Both the position numbers and the translations under genes were made by a program. DNA of 31,611 nt from a virus (taxonomy: Duplodnaviria; Caudoviricetes): IMG/VR virus record IMGVR_UViG_3300033076_000135, positions 1 to 31,611 of that record; one strand, given 5' to 3'. This document shows, piece by piece, positions 6,132 to 15,579 of this stretch (position 1 is its first letter; the number at the start of each line of letters is the position of its first letter). The notes under the pieces are model-generated. The model had not been told where the DNA came from, did not search any database, and worked only from the letters and a program-made list of their open reading frames with translations.

Positions 6132-9100
6132 TATTTGCTCCTTTTGTGGGATTTTAAGTAATCCAGCGGGGATTTCAAGGCTGGGGGAGGCAGGTCTTTG
6201 GGGCCTGTCGAGCGGGCACGGTCACGGATGTTGTGCATCATCTCGTACAACTTGTCCGTTCCAGCCTTGGTAGAACCGTTGCCAAGAGCGGCCACAACGT
6301 CGGCCGGGAACACGAACTCGCCGTCGGCAAGCCATGCCGGGATGTCGTCAGATTGGCCGTCACCCTCACCGGCAACATGCTTGCCGTGCTTGAAGTTCTC
6401 GCGGCCGTGGTAGTTATCCAGAGCGCCGCCAGACTTCGCCAACAGTGGCAAGGCCATGCTACCGCCGGAGTTCATCATCAAGGGGGCAACGTAGCCACCC
6501 TCCTTGAATGCCGGAGCGGATTCGCCAAGGATGCTGTCAATCGAGTCCTCGCTGCCGTAGGTGTAGTGGGCGCTCTCGGGTTCAGCAGCCTGATTGAGAG
6601 CGCCTTGTGGCTGCCCCATGCGCTGCTGCAAGATCTGGGCAAGACGGGGGTCAATTTGTTGCATCATGGATTCTCTTTCCATTTCCTGTTGGGCCTGTTT
6701 GACGGCAGCCAGAGGGTCGATTGCGCCTCCGGTCACCTTGGATTTTAAGAACTGAGGGTTGATATTCCAGTCATACCCACCCAAGGCGGCCCCAGCCATT
6801 AGACCAAGACCCGCTCCAGAAGATGAGCTTGTTGTGACTTTTGGTATCACCGGAGGTGTGGGAGTTACCGGGGTGCCGGGTGGCGTTACGACGGGAGGAG
6901 TCGTGACAACTGGAGGAGTCACAACCGTAGGCGGAGTGACAATATCCGGAGGGGCAACTACAGCAGGAGGAGTAACCACTGTCGTTGGGGTGACGACTTC
7001 TGGGTTGGTCACAACATCTGTCGAAACATTTGCAATAGATGGAGGCTTGTTTACGACGTTTGTTGCGGTCTGTTGCGCAATTGTCGTCAGAGTTTGAACA
7101 TTCAGGTTGTTTGCAGTGGCGACATTCGTGACGGCATTGATTGCAGTCTGCACAGCCTCGTTCACATTGACATTGCTTGTGACGGCGGTCTGAATAGCCG
7201 CCTGAACAGCAGACTGTACAGCCTCATTCACATTGACGCTATTTGAGACCGCCGTAGATACAGCAGCAGAAATGGAGTCATTGATGGCCGTATTTACGTT
7301 CTGGTTGCTTGATACCGCGCTGGAGACGGCAGAAGAAACAGCACTCTGCACAACAGACGAAGGATTAGCATTGTTTGCAATTGCAGATGAAATTGTTGTG
7401 CCGACAGACTGAGACGTAGAAGCGCCGGAGAGAATGGATGAACTTACCGTTTGCTCAACAACGCTACTTACATTTTGACCGCTTTCAATTGCCGCACTAA
7501 CTGCGGAATTGATAACTGCGAGAGCATTTTGCCCATCTGCAATTTGTGAGGAAACAACCGACCCAACATCAACTCCAGAGTTGATCTGGTTTTGAACATT
7601 GTTCTGAATTGTTTGAACAACTTGAGTTGTTGGCGTGCTGAAATCAACTGCCGCCATTGCTGGAGAAGAGACAGCGGCCGACAACGACAGTGCCAAGCCA
7701 GCGGCCTGATTGCGAATTTGATCCATGAACGTGCGCTCATTGGAATCAGCCTTCAAGAACCCAGCTTGCTCGTCGGTAATTGGGTTTGTTCCAGCAAAAT
7801 ATTCAGGCGTCAGTTTGGTTGCAGTCAAGGCGTCCGCAACCTTCTGTCCAACTCCAGATGTCGACGGAACAGTTGGCGATACGGCAGTTCTGTCGGCATC
7901 AGAGATTTGAGTTGCGTTCTGATTTGCGGCCTGAACAGAAGTGGTGATTGCCGAAGAACCACCAACGGCGGCGGCAGTTGCAATCACAGTATCCTTGAGG
8001 GCCGTCTGAAAATCTTCAAACGTAGAATTTTTGGCAAGGCCAAAGTTGGAAAACTTATCGACAGCAAATTGCCCAACAGTAGTCAGCAACTCGGAGGCCT
8101 CTTCTTTTCCAAGACCCTTCATTGTCTCTTTCACAGAGTTGAATATTGCATCAGCAGACCCAGTGACAGGAATGCCCTTCATGACTTGCTTCATGCCGGG
8201 GATTCCAATCATCTCTCCGGCAACCTCAATCGCAGTCATGACGGCAGTACGCTTCGCGTTGTCAATGTCGCTCAGACCAGCTTTTGCTCCCTCCACCCAT
8301 GAGTTGTTGGCAACAATCGCACCAACTGAAGCAACACCAGCAGCAGGGCCGCCAACAAGGAAAGAAGCAGCAGACTCAATTCCAGAAGCCAAGCCGCCAG
8401 CAACAGCCTTTTCATTTCCAACCAACTTGGACATTTCTTTGTCTTTGTCGTTGGCAAGCAGGTTTTGAACTTCAGAGAAGGTCTTCGAATCGTTTCCAAC
8501 AAGGTTGCTCAGGAACTGAGCGCCACGGACACCAAGACCAGCAACATCTGCTGCGGCCACATTAGCGGCAGTGGATAGCACATCCTTGGAGGTGTCAAAG
8601 AACGACTTATCGTAGGCCTTCAATGTGTCTGTCGCGGTAGATGGAGCGACATTGGTTACAACACCTTGAGGGTTCACAGAGGCGGTGTTCTTGAGCATTG
8701 AGTCAATGACATTGAAAGTCATTGAGTCTGGGCCTTTGAGCATGGCCGCTTGTTGCGCAGGCGTTGCGTTTGCATACGCAGACACAAACCTAGACATCTC
8801 ATCTTTCGTGAGGTCTGCCGGATTGAAGTTCGGGTCTTTAAGGTTCTGAGCCAACTGATTGGACACATAGTTTGTCACAGTTGACGTGTATCCGGTATTG
8901 GTTGATGCGCCAGAAAGGTCTGGTCGCTCTGATGCCGTTGCTGTGCTGTACTGCTTGCCGTTCCACTCGAACGTCTGATTTGGGCCAAGCAGATCACGGG
9001 CTTGGGCATAGGCATCAGAGAACTTTGGCATGTTCTTGATCTGATCGAGCCTGTCTGCGCGGACAGAGTCATCCATGGCATTCTGGTCAATCGCGCCTTG

Positions 9101-11155
9101 CAAATCACCGAACTCAGTGTCTTTGGCGGTGACGTCGGTGATGATGGGGTTTGATGTCTCACCGCCAGTCACTGGAGAAGTCACCACACCGTTTGCGCCC
9201 GTAGTGGTCTTCAGGCCGCTTGCGCCACCAGTCCCAGCATCACTCACAACGCCATTGTTGACAGAGGCGACCTGAGTTCCAGTCGTGCTCTTGGCGTCGT
9301 CAAGGATGGACTTCAGATTGTCTGCGCCGGGCACAACAACGCCAGTCGCGGCATTTGCGGCAGCCATTGCGTCATCATCGGGTGCGCCAGCAGCTTTGGC
9401 CTTGATGAAGGCATCAGCACCAGCTTGAACGATGGTGTCGTCATAGACACGATTGGTGATGCCGCCCGTGGTTGTGGCGGTGGATGCGCCGGGAGCAAAT
9501 GGAGTTCCCAAAGAACTGAATTGCGTGCCGCCGCCGGGGGCACCTCCTCTAACTTTGTCCCCAAAACTCGTCACAGCCCCGAGCAGCACAGTGGGGTCAC
9601 CAGAACGAAGAGCGTTGACCACACTGCCTGCGGCGGCGGCGACCTTCATGTCTTGGCTGCCAGAAAGGTCTCCGGCGGCATTCAATGCCCCAATGGCATC
9701 ATTGTCATTCATCGACTTGACCAGATTGGCGATCTGCACACCAGTCGTGACACCGGAGGGAAGAGTGCCACCCAACTGGGTGTAGCCGGACAATGACGCA
9801 TTCACAAGACCGGCCGCATTGCCCGTCTGAATGGCATTGATGCCAGACACAGCGGTCTTGGCAAGGTTGACGTCAGCAAGTCGCGTCTGCAATTGCAAGG
9901 CCGGATTTGCGCCAGTCGTGGCAATATCGGACGCAAGGTCAAGACCGCTTACGGCTTGAGAGCTTGCCGGATTGGTCATGGCGTTGAGTTCGCCGCCAAG
10001 GTATCCGCCATATGCCCCAAAGGCGTTCAGGATCGCGCCAGTCGTGTTTCCTTGGCTTGCTGCAATCAGCGCATTGCCTGCGGCCGCAACCCAACCGATG
10101 CCCGGAACAAAAGACAGAACAGACAGAGCGCCAGACAGGTCGCCGAGGTTGTTGGTGACCACGCCAGTCGTGCTAAACGATGGCTTGCCCGTGGCAGGAT
10201 CAATCGTCAGGTTGTAAAGCGTTCCGCCGGGGCCGGTGTACGTCTCTCCAATTTGCAACTGAGATGTGTCGGAGATCTGCTTCCCGTTGGCATCAAAGAT
10301 GCCTTTGCCAATTGCAATGTTGATTGGCTCATACACCGGGCCATAATCACCCTCTCCACCATACGCTTGCTTTGACACAACTCGTGAGGCTTCATCAGCC
10401 GTGAGCACTCGGCTTTGGCCGCCAAGCCCTTCGTAATCTCCGCCCCAGCTTGCAATGAATCGGCCCGTCTTGTTGCCGCTCTCATCGTACTCAGGACGAA
10501 CACTGGCTTGACCCATGATGTCGCCGGACTTGAGTTGGCTCAGGTCTGTGATGCCTTTGTCGAGCAAGTTGGCAGCGGCGTCGAGCAGAACTTGGTTGGC
10601 AGCGTTGGTGTTTTCGCCAAACACTTTTTGCGCCTGATCGGCGGCGAAACCAATGTTGGCCCCCTTCTCACCATAGACTCCACCCTGAAGAGCGCCTTGG
10701 GATGTGGCAGAGCCAAGCTGTTGAGCAAGCGCCGTCAGTTGCGCTTGATCGTATGTTTTTCCAGTGTGGTACGTTAGCGTTGGCGCAGTCGTTGCAGTTG
10801 AAAGAGCACCAGACCCAGAAGAAGTCACAGGAGTTGTGACAGGCTGAGTTGCGGCCGTATTGCTTGAGGCAGCGCTATCAAGACCAACTGCGCGCGTCAA
10901 AGCGCCAGCAGCAGGAGCGTAGTAAGAATCCAAGGTGCGGCCGGTGGCAGCCTGAATATCTGCCGGGCTGATGCCATACTGAGCCATGGCAGCAAGCGTT
11001 TCATCTTTGGTGTGTGCAGACGGGTCTGAAAACCAATTCACAATGTTTTGGTTGTACTGACTCATGCCGCCGGGCAAATTTGCCTGCGCGTACCGTGCGC
11101 CAGCAGACAAGCCGTCGTCTTCCAAGCCCAAGTTTTCATTGGTAGACATCACCAT
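6131..11155 (-). CDS. very large putative internal virion/ejection protein (~1670 aa) with tape-measure-like features
   Basis: The ATG at 11155 overlaps the upstream TGA. Low-complexity A/T/S/G sequence with hydrophobic segments, 18- and 22-aa repeats, VVTPP repeats and a C-terminal GEGDGQSDDIPAWLADGEFVF domain. Confidence 0.65.
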   Translation of the reverse strand: MVMSTNENLGLEDDGLSAGARYAQANLPGGMSQYNQNIVNWFSDPSAHTKDETLAAMAQYGISPADIQAATGRTLDSYYAPAAGALTRAVGLDSAASSNTAATQPVTTPVTSSGSGALSTATTAPTLTYHTGKTYDQAQLTALAQQLGSATSQGALQGGVYGEKGANIGFAADQAQKVFGENTNAANQVLLDAAANLLDKGITDLSQLKSGDIMGQASVRPEYDESGNKTGRFIASWGGDYEGLGGQSRVLTADEASRVVSKQAYGGEGDYGPVYEPINIAIGKGIFDANGKQISDTSQLQIGETYTGPGGTLYNLTIDPATGKPSFSTTGVVTNNLGDLSGALSVLSFVPGIGWVAAAGNALIAASQGNTTGAILNAFGAYGGYLGGELNAMTNPASSQAVSGLDLASDIATTGANPALQLQTRLADVNLAKTAVSGINAIQTGNAAGLVNASLSGYTQLGGTLPSGVTTGVQIANLVKSMNDNDAIGALNAAGDLSGSQDMKVAAAAGSVVNALRSGDPTVLLGAVTSFGDKVRGGAPGGGTQFSSLGTPFAPGASTATTTGGITNRVYDDTIVQAGADAFIKAKAAGAPDDDAMAAANAATGVVVPGADNLKSILDDAKSTTGTQVASVNNGVVSDAGTGGASGLKTTTGANGVVTSPVTGGETSNPIITDVTAKDTEFGDLQGAIDQNAMDDSVRADRLDQIKNMPKFSDAYAQARDLLGPNQTFEWNGKQYSTATASERPDLSGASTNTGYTSTVTNYVSNQLAQNLKDPNFNPADLTKDEMSRFVSAYANATPAQQAAMLKGPDSMTFNVIDSMLKNTASVNPQGVVTNVAPSTATDTLKAYDKSFFDTSKDVLSTAANVAAADVAGLGVRGAQFLSNLVGNDSKTFSEVQNLLANDKDKEMSKLVGNEKAVAGGLASGIESAASFLVGGPAAGVASVGAIVANNSWVEGAKAGLSDIDNAKRTAVMTAIEVAGEMIGIPGMKQVMKGIPVTGSADAIFNSVKETMKGLGKEEASELLTTVGQFAVDKFSNFGLAKNSTFEDFQTALKDTVIATAAAVGGSSAITTSVQAANQNATQISDADRTAVSPTVPSTSGVGQKVADALTATKLTPEYFAGTNPITDEQAGFLKADSNERTFMDQIRNQAAGLALSLSAAVSSPAMAAVDFSTPTTQVVQTIQNNVQNQINSGVDVGSVVSSQIADGQNALAVINSAVSAAIESGQNVSSVVEQTVSSSILSGASTSQSVGTTISSAIANNANPSSVVQSAVSSAVSSAVSSNQNVNTAINDSISAAVSTAVSNSVNVNEAVQSAVQAAIQTAVTSNVNVNEAVQTAINAVTNVATANNLNVQTLTTIAQQTATNVVNKPPSIANVSTDVVTNPEVVTPTTVVTPPAVVAPPDIVTPPTVVTPPVVTTPPVVTPPGTPVTPTPPVIPKVTTSSSSGAGLGLMAGAALGGYDWNINPQFLKSKVTGGAIDPLAAVKQAQQEMERESMMQQIDPRLAQILQQRMGQPQGALNQAAEPESAHYTYGSEDSIDSILGESAPAFKEGGYVAPLMMNSGGSMALPLLAKSGGALDNYHGRENFKHGKHVAGEGDGQSDDIPAWLADGEFVFPADVVAALGNGSTKAGTDKLYEMMHNIRDRARSTGPKDLPPPALKSPLDYLKSHKRSK
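6835..7030 (-). repeat. V-V-T-P-P coding repeat (Pro/Thr linker) in the large virion protein
   Basis: VVTPTTVVTPPAVVAPPDIVTPPTVVTPPVVTTPPVVTPPGTPVTPTPP. Confidence 0.8.
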
Positions 11156-11415
11156 CAAACACCACCATTCATCACGTTGATCACGGATTCCGCCCAGCTT
11201 TGCCAGTCATCAAAGGCATAGGGGCTTGGAATGCCCTGATTCAAAAACACATCAATTGCCAGCAAGGATGCCCCCCATTCTCGCCAGTCGGTATCCGGCC
11301 CGGCAATTGGAAGCTGCTGGGCCGCATACTGTTCGCACATGAGAGCCGTCCAGTGGTCGAACTCCATGTACCTCGGGTCATAAACCAGCGCCGAAGGGTT
11401 AGGTGTTGTAGCCAC
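11155..11415 (-). CDS. small virion-module protein (~86 aa)
   Basis: Trp-rich (WREWG, AFDDWQSWA) ORF between the nozzle and ejection genes. The start is uncertain: GTG 11415 is chosen, the ORF track gives 11442. Confidence 0.65.
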   Translation of the reverse strand: MATTPNPSALVYDPRYMEFDHWTALMCEQYAAQQLPIAGPDTDWREWGASLLAIDVFLNQGIPSPYAFDDWQSWAESVINVMNGGV

Positions 11416-13666
11416 GAGTGTCCCCGAGGTCTGCACTGACAATCACTTTGCCCATCTGGAAGTCACCTCCGGCCACGTTGGAAACGAACCTCAAGCGCAT
11501 CTCGCGCCGCTGCTCACGCATGTCGATTTTGTTCGTTCCCGGCTCAAAAGGATAGGGGCCAGTCGTCAAATCGTCTGCCTGAGCAAACGGACGGCCGACC
11601 ACATAAACCTCCATTGTGCCTTGCTGGATGAAGTCAGGCTCCAGACGCTCAACATGCACCCAGCGGTTCTCGCCCACCGGATTTGGCTGAGAGGGGCCAC
11701 CGGCCACCCACCCGAGGTCGCTGGTCTCAACATAGGCCTCGATGGCGTTTGCTTGAGTGAACTTGACCTCATCCGTGCCGACTTCGTGCTGCCAGAGGCT
11801 CACAAAGTTGACGGTGGCCGTGACTGTGAACTCAAAGCCAGCCCCGCCCGGAATGCTGGCAGACAGGGCGTCATCGACGGCGTATGAGACGCCACGGTCA
11901 TTGATCTCCACCGAGGTCACTTGGCCGCCAGCCACAATGATGGTCGCAGTTGCGCCGCTTCCTGTGCCGCCGGTCAGGGGGGTGTAGGTGTAAGTCCCGT
12001 TCGTGTAGCCAGAGCCAGCGTTGGTGATCGTGCCGCGCAGCAGGCCACCGGTGTAGTTGATCTCCGTGCCTGCGTTCACAGGGAAGCGGAACACCTGAGA
12101 GAAGTAACCGGCCGAACGACGGGCACCGAGGGCCTCGCCAACGTCATACCAGACGTTCTCGCGGATGTTGTAGATGATCGCGTCGTTGCACTCTTCCGAG
12201 TCGCCACGGGGATAGAACCACCAGATCTCGCCATAGCGAGGCACTTTGGAGGCGTAGACCTTCTGGCGCTGCGCATAGTTCAGATTGTCAAAGAACCAGT
12301 TCTGGTTCATCGAGTTCGGAATCTCCTTGACCACGCCGTTGTACAGCAGGAATCGGTCAACACCGCACCAGTAGTAGATGCCGTCGTACTCGATCACAGA
12401 CTGCGCGGAGAGCATCGAAGACTGGCTGGAGATGATGTCGTAGCGCCAGAAGGTCTGGACGGCCGTGCCGCCAATCGTGAGGCTGGCTGGGTTGTAACTC
12501 ACCCGGATCAGCGAATCGAGCGACCAGAACAGGCCAGAAGGCGAGTTCGAGCCACCACGGACAGGGAAGCCCTGAACGATCTTGCCAGTCGCCATGTTCA
12601 CCGTGTTCGCTTCAGCCGAGACCCAGTCGTTGAGGTTGCCGGAGGCGCAGTTGCGGATCAGGCCATCGTTGCCGTACACAAAGACGTAGGGGTGCAGGGT
12701 CACCACACCTCCAGAGACCGACACCTCGTTATCGAACGTCAGCACGGCCGCAGCGGTGGTGGCCGTTGCGTTCTTCGTCAGCACCAAGGCAGTCGTGGTG
12801 ATCGACAGCACGCGAGTGTCCGCTGGGATGCCCGGGCCGGTCACAAGCTGGCCTGCGCCAATACTGAAGTTCGCCGACGCCAATGTGACGTTCGGAGAGC
12901 CGCTGGTGGTCGCGCCGGTCTCGGTGAACACGCCAATCGGGTCTAAGTGAGTGGTGCTGATTGGCCCAGCCAGAACAGGCGTGTTGACCTCGTTGTCGAT
13001 GTCAAACAGGTCTGGGGATGGGTGTGCCAGCAGGTAGTTCACGCCATTGCCAGTCGAGTCGGTGAACGTGTCGAACTGCCACAGGTTGGCCGCCGAGGGC
13101 GTGAAACACGAGTCGGTGGTGTCGACCTGCACGGAAAATCCAGACCCAGTCCCGCCAAGCTGGGCGGCCGTGGCCGTCAACTTCTCATACTGGCTGTACC
13201 CAGAACCGCCAGAGGTGATGGTCACAGAGGTCACAGCGCCACCAGAAACGACGATGTCGGCCGTTGCGCCGATGCCTGCACCCGTGGTCACATACGACAA
13301 GGAAACGGCGTTATAGGTGCCATTGACGTAGCCAGAGCCACCGATCAGGGTGTTGACGGTCAACAGAGATCCACCGAAGTTGTAGTCGGTGATGCCGGAG
13401 CCAGTGCCGTTGTTGTTTACCGGGACGACCTGAAGGCCATCGGAGTAGCCGTTGTAGATGTTGCTGAAGTTGTTGCGCGGAACAACGAAAATGCCCCGAG
13501 AGGGGCCTGCAAGGTATTCGGTGATCTGACGGTAGCCCCCGATCTTGCGAGGGCGCTGGCGCTGGAATCGAATCCAGCGGCCATCAGAGTAGAACTCTTT
13601 GTCGAAAACCGTGCCGTCTCGCTGGACGCCCGGCTTGGTGTCAAGGGCAAAGACTTTTTTGGTCAT
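11399..13666 (-). CDS. tail nozzle / P22 gp10-like (tail tubular protein B-like) protein with inserted beta domains
   Basis: 755 aa, aromatic beta-rich (GIYYWCGVDRFLLYNGVVKEIP, EIWWFYP, IIYNIRENVWY), with a C-terminal 'MREQRREMRLRF...FQMG'. Lies upstream of the ejection genes. Confidence 0.7.
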   Translation of the reverse strand: MTKKVFALDTKPGVQRDGTVFDKEFYSDGRWIRFQRQRPRKIGGYRQITEYLAGPSRGIFVVPRNNFSNIYNGYSDGLQVVPVNNNGTGSGITDYNFGGSLLTVNTLIGGSGYVNGTYNAVSLSYVTTGAGIGATADIVVSGGAVTSVTITSGGSGYSQYEKLTATAAQLGGTGSGFSVQVDTTDSCFTPSAANLWQFDTFTDSTGNGVNYLLAHPSPDLFDIDNEVNTPVLAGPISTTHLDPIGVFTETGATTSGSPNVTLASANFSIGAGQLVTGPGIPADTRVLSITTTALVLTKNATATTAAAVLTFDNEVSVSGGVVTLHPYVFVYGNDGLIRNCASGNLNDWVSAEANTVNMATGKIVQGFPVRGGSNSPSGLFWSLDSLIRVSYNPASLTIGGTAVQTFWRYDIISSQSSMLSAQSVIEYDGIYYWCGVDRFLLYNGVVKEIPNSMNQNWFFDNLNYAQRQKVYASKVPRYGEIWWFYPRGDSEECNDAIIYNIRENVWYDVGEALGARRSAGYFSQVFRFPVNAGTEINYTGGLLRGTITNAGSGYTNGTYTYTPLTGGTGSGATATIIVAGGQVTSVEINDRGVSYAVDDALSASIPGGAGFEFTVTATVNFVSLWQHEVGTDEVKFTQANAIEAYVETSDLGWVAGGPSQPNPVGENRWVHVERLEPDFIQQGTMEVYVVGRPFAQADDLTTGPYPFEPGTNKIDMREQRREMRLRFVSNVAGGDFQMGKVIVSADLGDTRGYNT

Positions 13667-14922
13667 CAGAACGCTCCGCCAGAGATACCGCCTTCAAAGT
13701 TTCCAATGCCAGTTGCTGTGATGTCGCCAATCACGTCAGCACCGCCAGCATTGATGTCCACGACCTGATTGCCAAGCACAGAGATGCCAAAACGGCCAGC
13801 GCCGGGGCGGTAAATGCCAGTGTTGATCTCGGAACCAAAGTTCAGAGACGGAGACGCGGCCGAGCCATTCACCAAGCTGAACGAAGTGCCGCCCGCTTGG
13901 GTGGTGTTGGCGTTCAGGATGTTGGTGGCATCACAGATCAGTGTGGCCTGCCCAGACGCTGGCACAGTGGCCGTGCTGGCCCCTACAGCGCCAGTGGAAA
14001 TTGTCAGGGTGTAAGAGCCTGCATTGCACTGGTTGGAGATGATGTACAGGTTCACCACCGGTGGCACGATGATCGTGACATTGCCAGTCAGCGTTCCGGT
14101 GTAGATCTGGATCGTGTTTGCGGCCTCGCTGGCCGTCAGGGTGTAAGTCCCAGACGTTACAGGCTTGGTCAGAACGCCGAACTCGAACTGAGTGCTGACG
14201 CCATACCCGACGGTCACATACTCGGTGCCCGTGGAGATGATGAAGGCCGCCTCGCCCGGGGCAAACGCCTTGGCAACAGCGCCATCCAGAAATTGGCCCG
14301 AGGTCGTGCCAATCGACATGGTTCCTGTGCCGTTGTTCTTGAACAGAATGAACCAGTTGTTGCCAGTGTCCTGAGCCAGAGGCAGCGTCGAAGTCCCCGC
14401 GCCACCCGTCCAGATCATTGTCTTTGCACGATCAGTGGTCAGGTAGGTGTAAGCGTTGGTCACTGAGCCGGATGGGTGGCTTTGATTCAGGGTCAGGCCG
14501 GAGGCCAGCAGGCCAGCGCCAGCCAGCGAGTTGGCATCAGCCGCAGATGTGCCAGCGCCAAACTCCAGATCACCCCAAGTGCCGAACTCGTCGGGGTTGT
14601 CGGTGATGTAGATGTACTTGGCCTCGCCCGGGGCGATCACGATGATCGTGCTGTCGCCGTCATAGGTGGTGACGGTGAAGCTGTTCGAGCCGACGTTGCG
14701 GATCATCGCGTCGTTGCCGACCGACGTCTGGTTTGCCGGAGGCATATAGAGCGACAAGCCAGCAGAAGTGGCCGTCACATCCATGATCCGGGCGGCATAG
14801 TCGTCCGTGGCGTTGCCGTTGATCGGCCACTCAAGCTGGGTGTTGGCCGCCAGAGTGACTGCGCGGTACGAGACGTCCGTGGGTTGAACCACGGTGCCGG
14901 TGAATGGGCTGTTGTAACTCAT
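13666..14922 (-). CDS. tail structural protein (418 aa)
   Basis: Thr/Gly-rich beta protein with internally repeated modules. It has an 'NGSAASPSLNFGSEINTGIYR' fibre-like motif and ends in ISGGAF. Confidence 0.6.
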   Translation of the reverse strand: MSYNSPFTGTVVQPTDVSYRAVTLAANTQLEWPINGNATDDYAARIMDVTATSAGLSLYMPPANQTSVGNDAMIRNVGSNSFTVTTYDGDSTIIVIAPGEAKYIYITDNPDEFGTWGDLEFGAGTSAADANSLAGAGLLASGLTLNQSHPSGSVTNAYTYLTTDRAKTMIWTGGAGTSTLPLAQDTGNNWFILFKNNGTGTMSIGTTSGQFLDGAVAKAFAPGEAAFIISTGTEYVTVGYGVSTQFEFGVLTKPVTSGTYTLTASEAANTIQIYTGTLTGNVTIIVPPVVNLYIISNQCNAGSYTLTISTGAVGASTATVPASGQATLICDATNILNANTTQAGGTSFSLVNGSAASPSLNFGSEINTGIYRPGAGRFGISVLGNQVVDINAGGADVIGDITATGIGNFEGGISGGAF

Positions 14923-14931
14923 GGTCTATCC

Positions 14932-15567
14932 TTAACTGTCCACGGCCACCGCTTGGCGGTCGGCCACACGGAGCCTGTCTTCGGCCACCAGCACGTCCAT
15001 GGCCTGCTGATACAGGGCCTGCCACAACTGCACGCGCTCGTCGTTCTTGAGGAACGGCATGGCCTGCAACAGGGAGCCGTACAGCAGAGCCTGCGGGGCG
15101 TAGATCGTGAACCAGTTGGTCTGGTTGGAGGAGTCCAAAGGCTGGAGGCGTTCGTAATACAGCACCTCGAAGTCGTAGTCGACGTCAGGCGTTGGAGCGA
15201 TCAACCAGTGGGTGTAGTCGTAGTCGCAGTAGAACTTTGGCACGTCCGTGGCCGTGGGGTCGGGCCAATACTCGCGCAGGTACTCGTACTTGCGGATCAG
15301 GACGGGCTGGCGCTTGCCTGCGACCGTGATGTTCATCGAAACCGTCTTGTGCCAGCGGGCAGGCTTGTCGATGACGTTGGCATTGGCCGTCATGGTGCTG
15401 GTCTGCACGGTCAGGTTGCCAAGGAACTTGATCTGGGCGGCAATGGTTTGCTCGGCCAGCATGATGAAGAGGGGGATCTTCTCCAGAGTGGCCGTGTCAG
15501 TGCGCTCCAGATAGGACTGGATGTTCTCGACCAGAGAGTCGTAGGTCATCACAGCGGCTGTCGTCAT
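14932..15567 (-). CDS. head-tail adaptor / tail tubular protein A-like protein
   Basis: 211 aa with an N-terminal helix (TYDSLVENIQSYLER) and 'IAPTPDVDYDFEVLYY...TNWFTIYAPQALLYGSLLQA', a pattern recalled for podophage adaptors. Confidence 0.7.
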   Translation of the reverse strand: MTTAAVMTYDSLVENIQSYLERTDTATLEKIPLFIMLAEQTIAAQIKFLGNLTVQTSTMTANANVIDKPARWHKTVSMNITVAGKRQPVLIRKYEYLREYWPDPTATDVPKFYCDYDYTHWLIAPTPDVDYDFEVLYYERLQPLDSSNQTNWFTIYAPQALLYGSLLQAMPFLKNDERVQLWQALYQQAMDVLVAEDRLRVADRQAVAVDS

Positions 15568-15579
15568 TCTGAGGCTCCT

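Noticed and set aside
6835-7525. Repeats as a CRISPR array or other non-coding repeat
   Set aside because: They are degenerate in-frame coding repeats, without identical DNA repeats or spacers.
6131-11155. Calling the giant protein a true siphophage tape measure or a virion RNA polymerase
   Set aside because: No tail tube, terminator or tail chaperone frameshift genes are visible, the context is nozzle plus ejection genes, and no polymerase catalytic motif was found.
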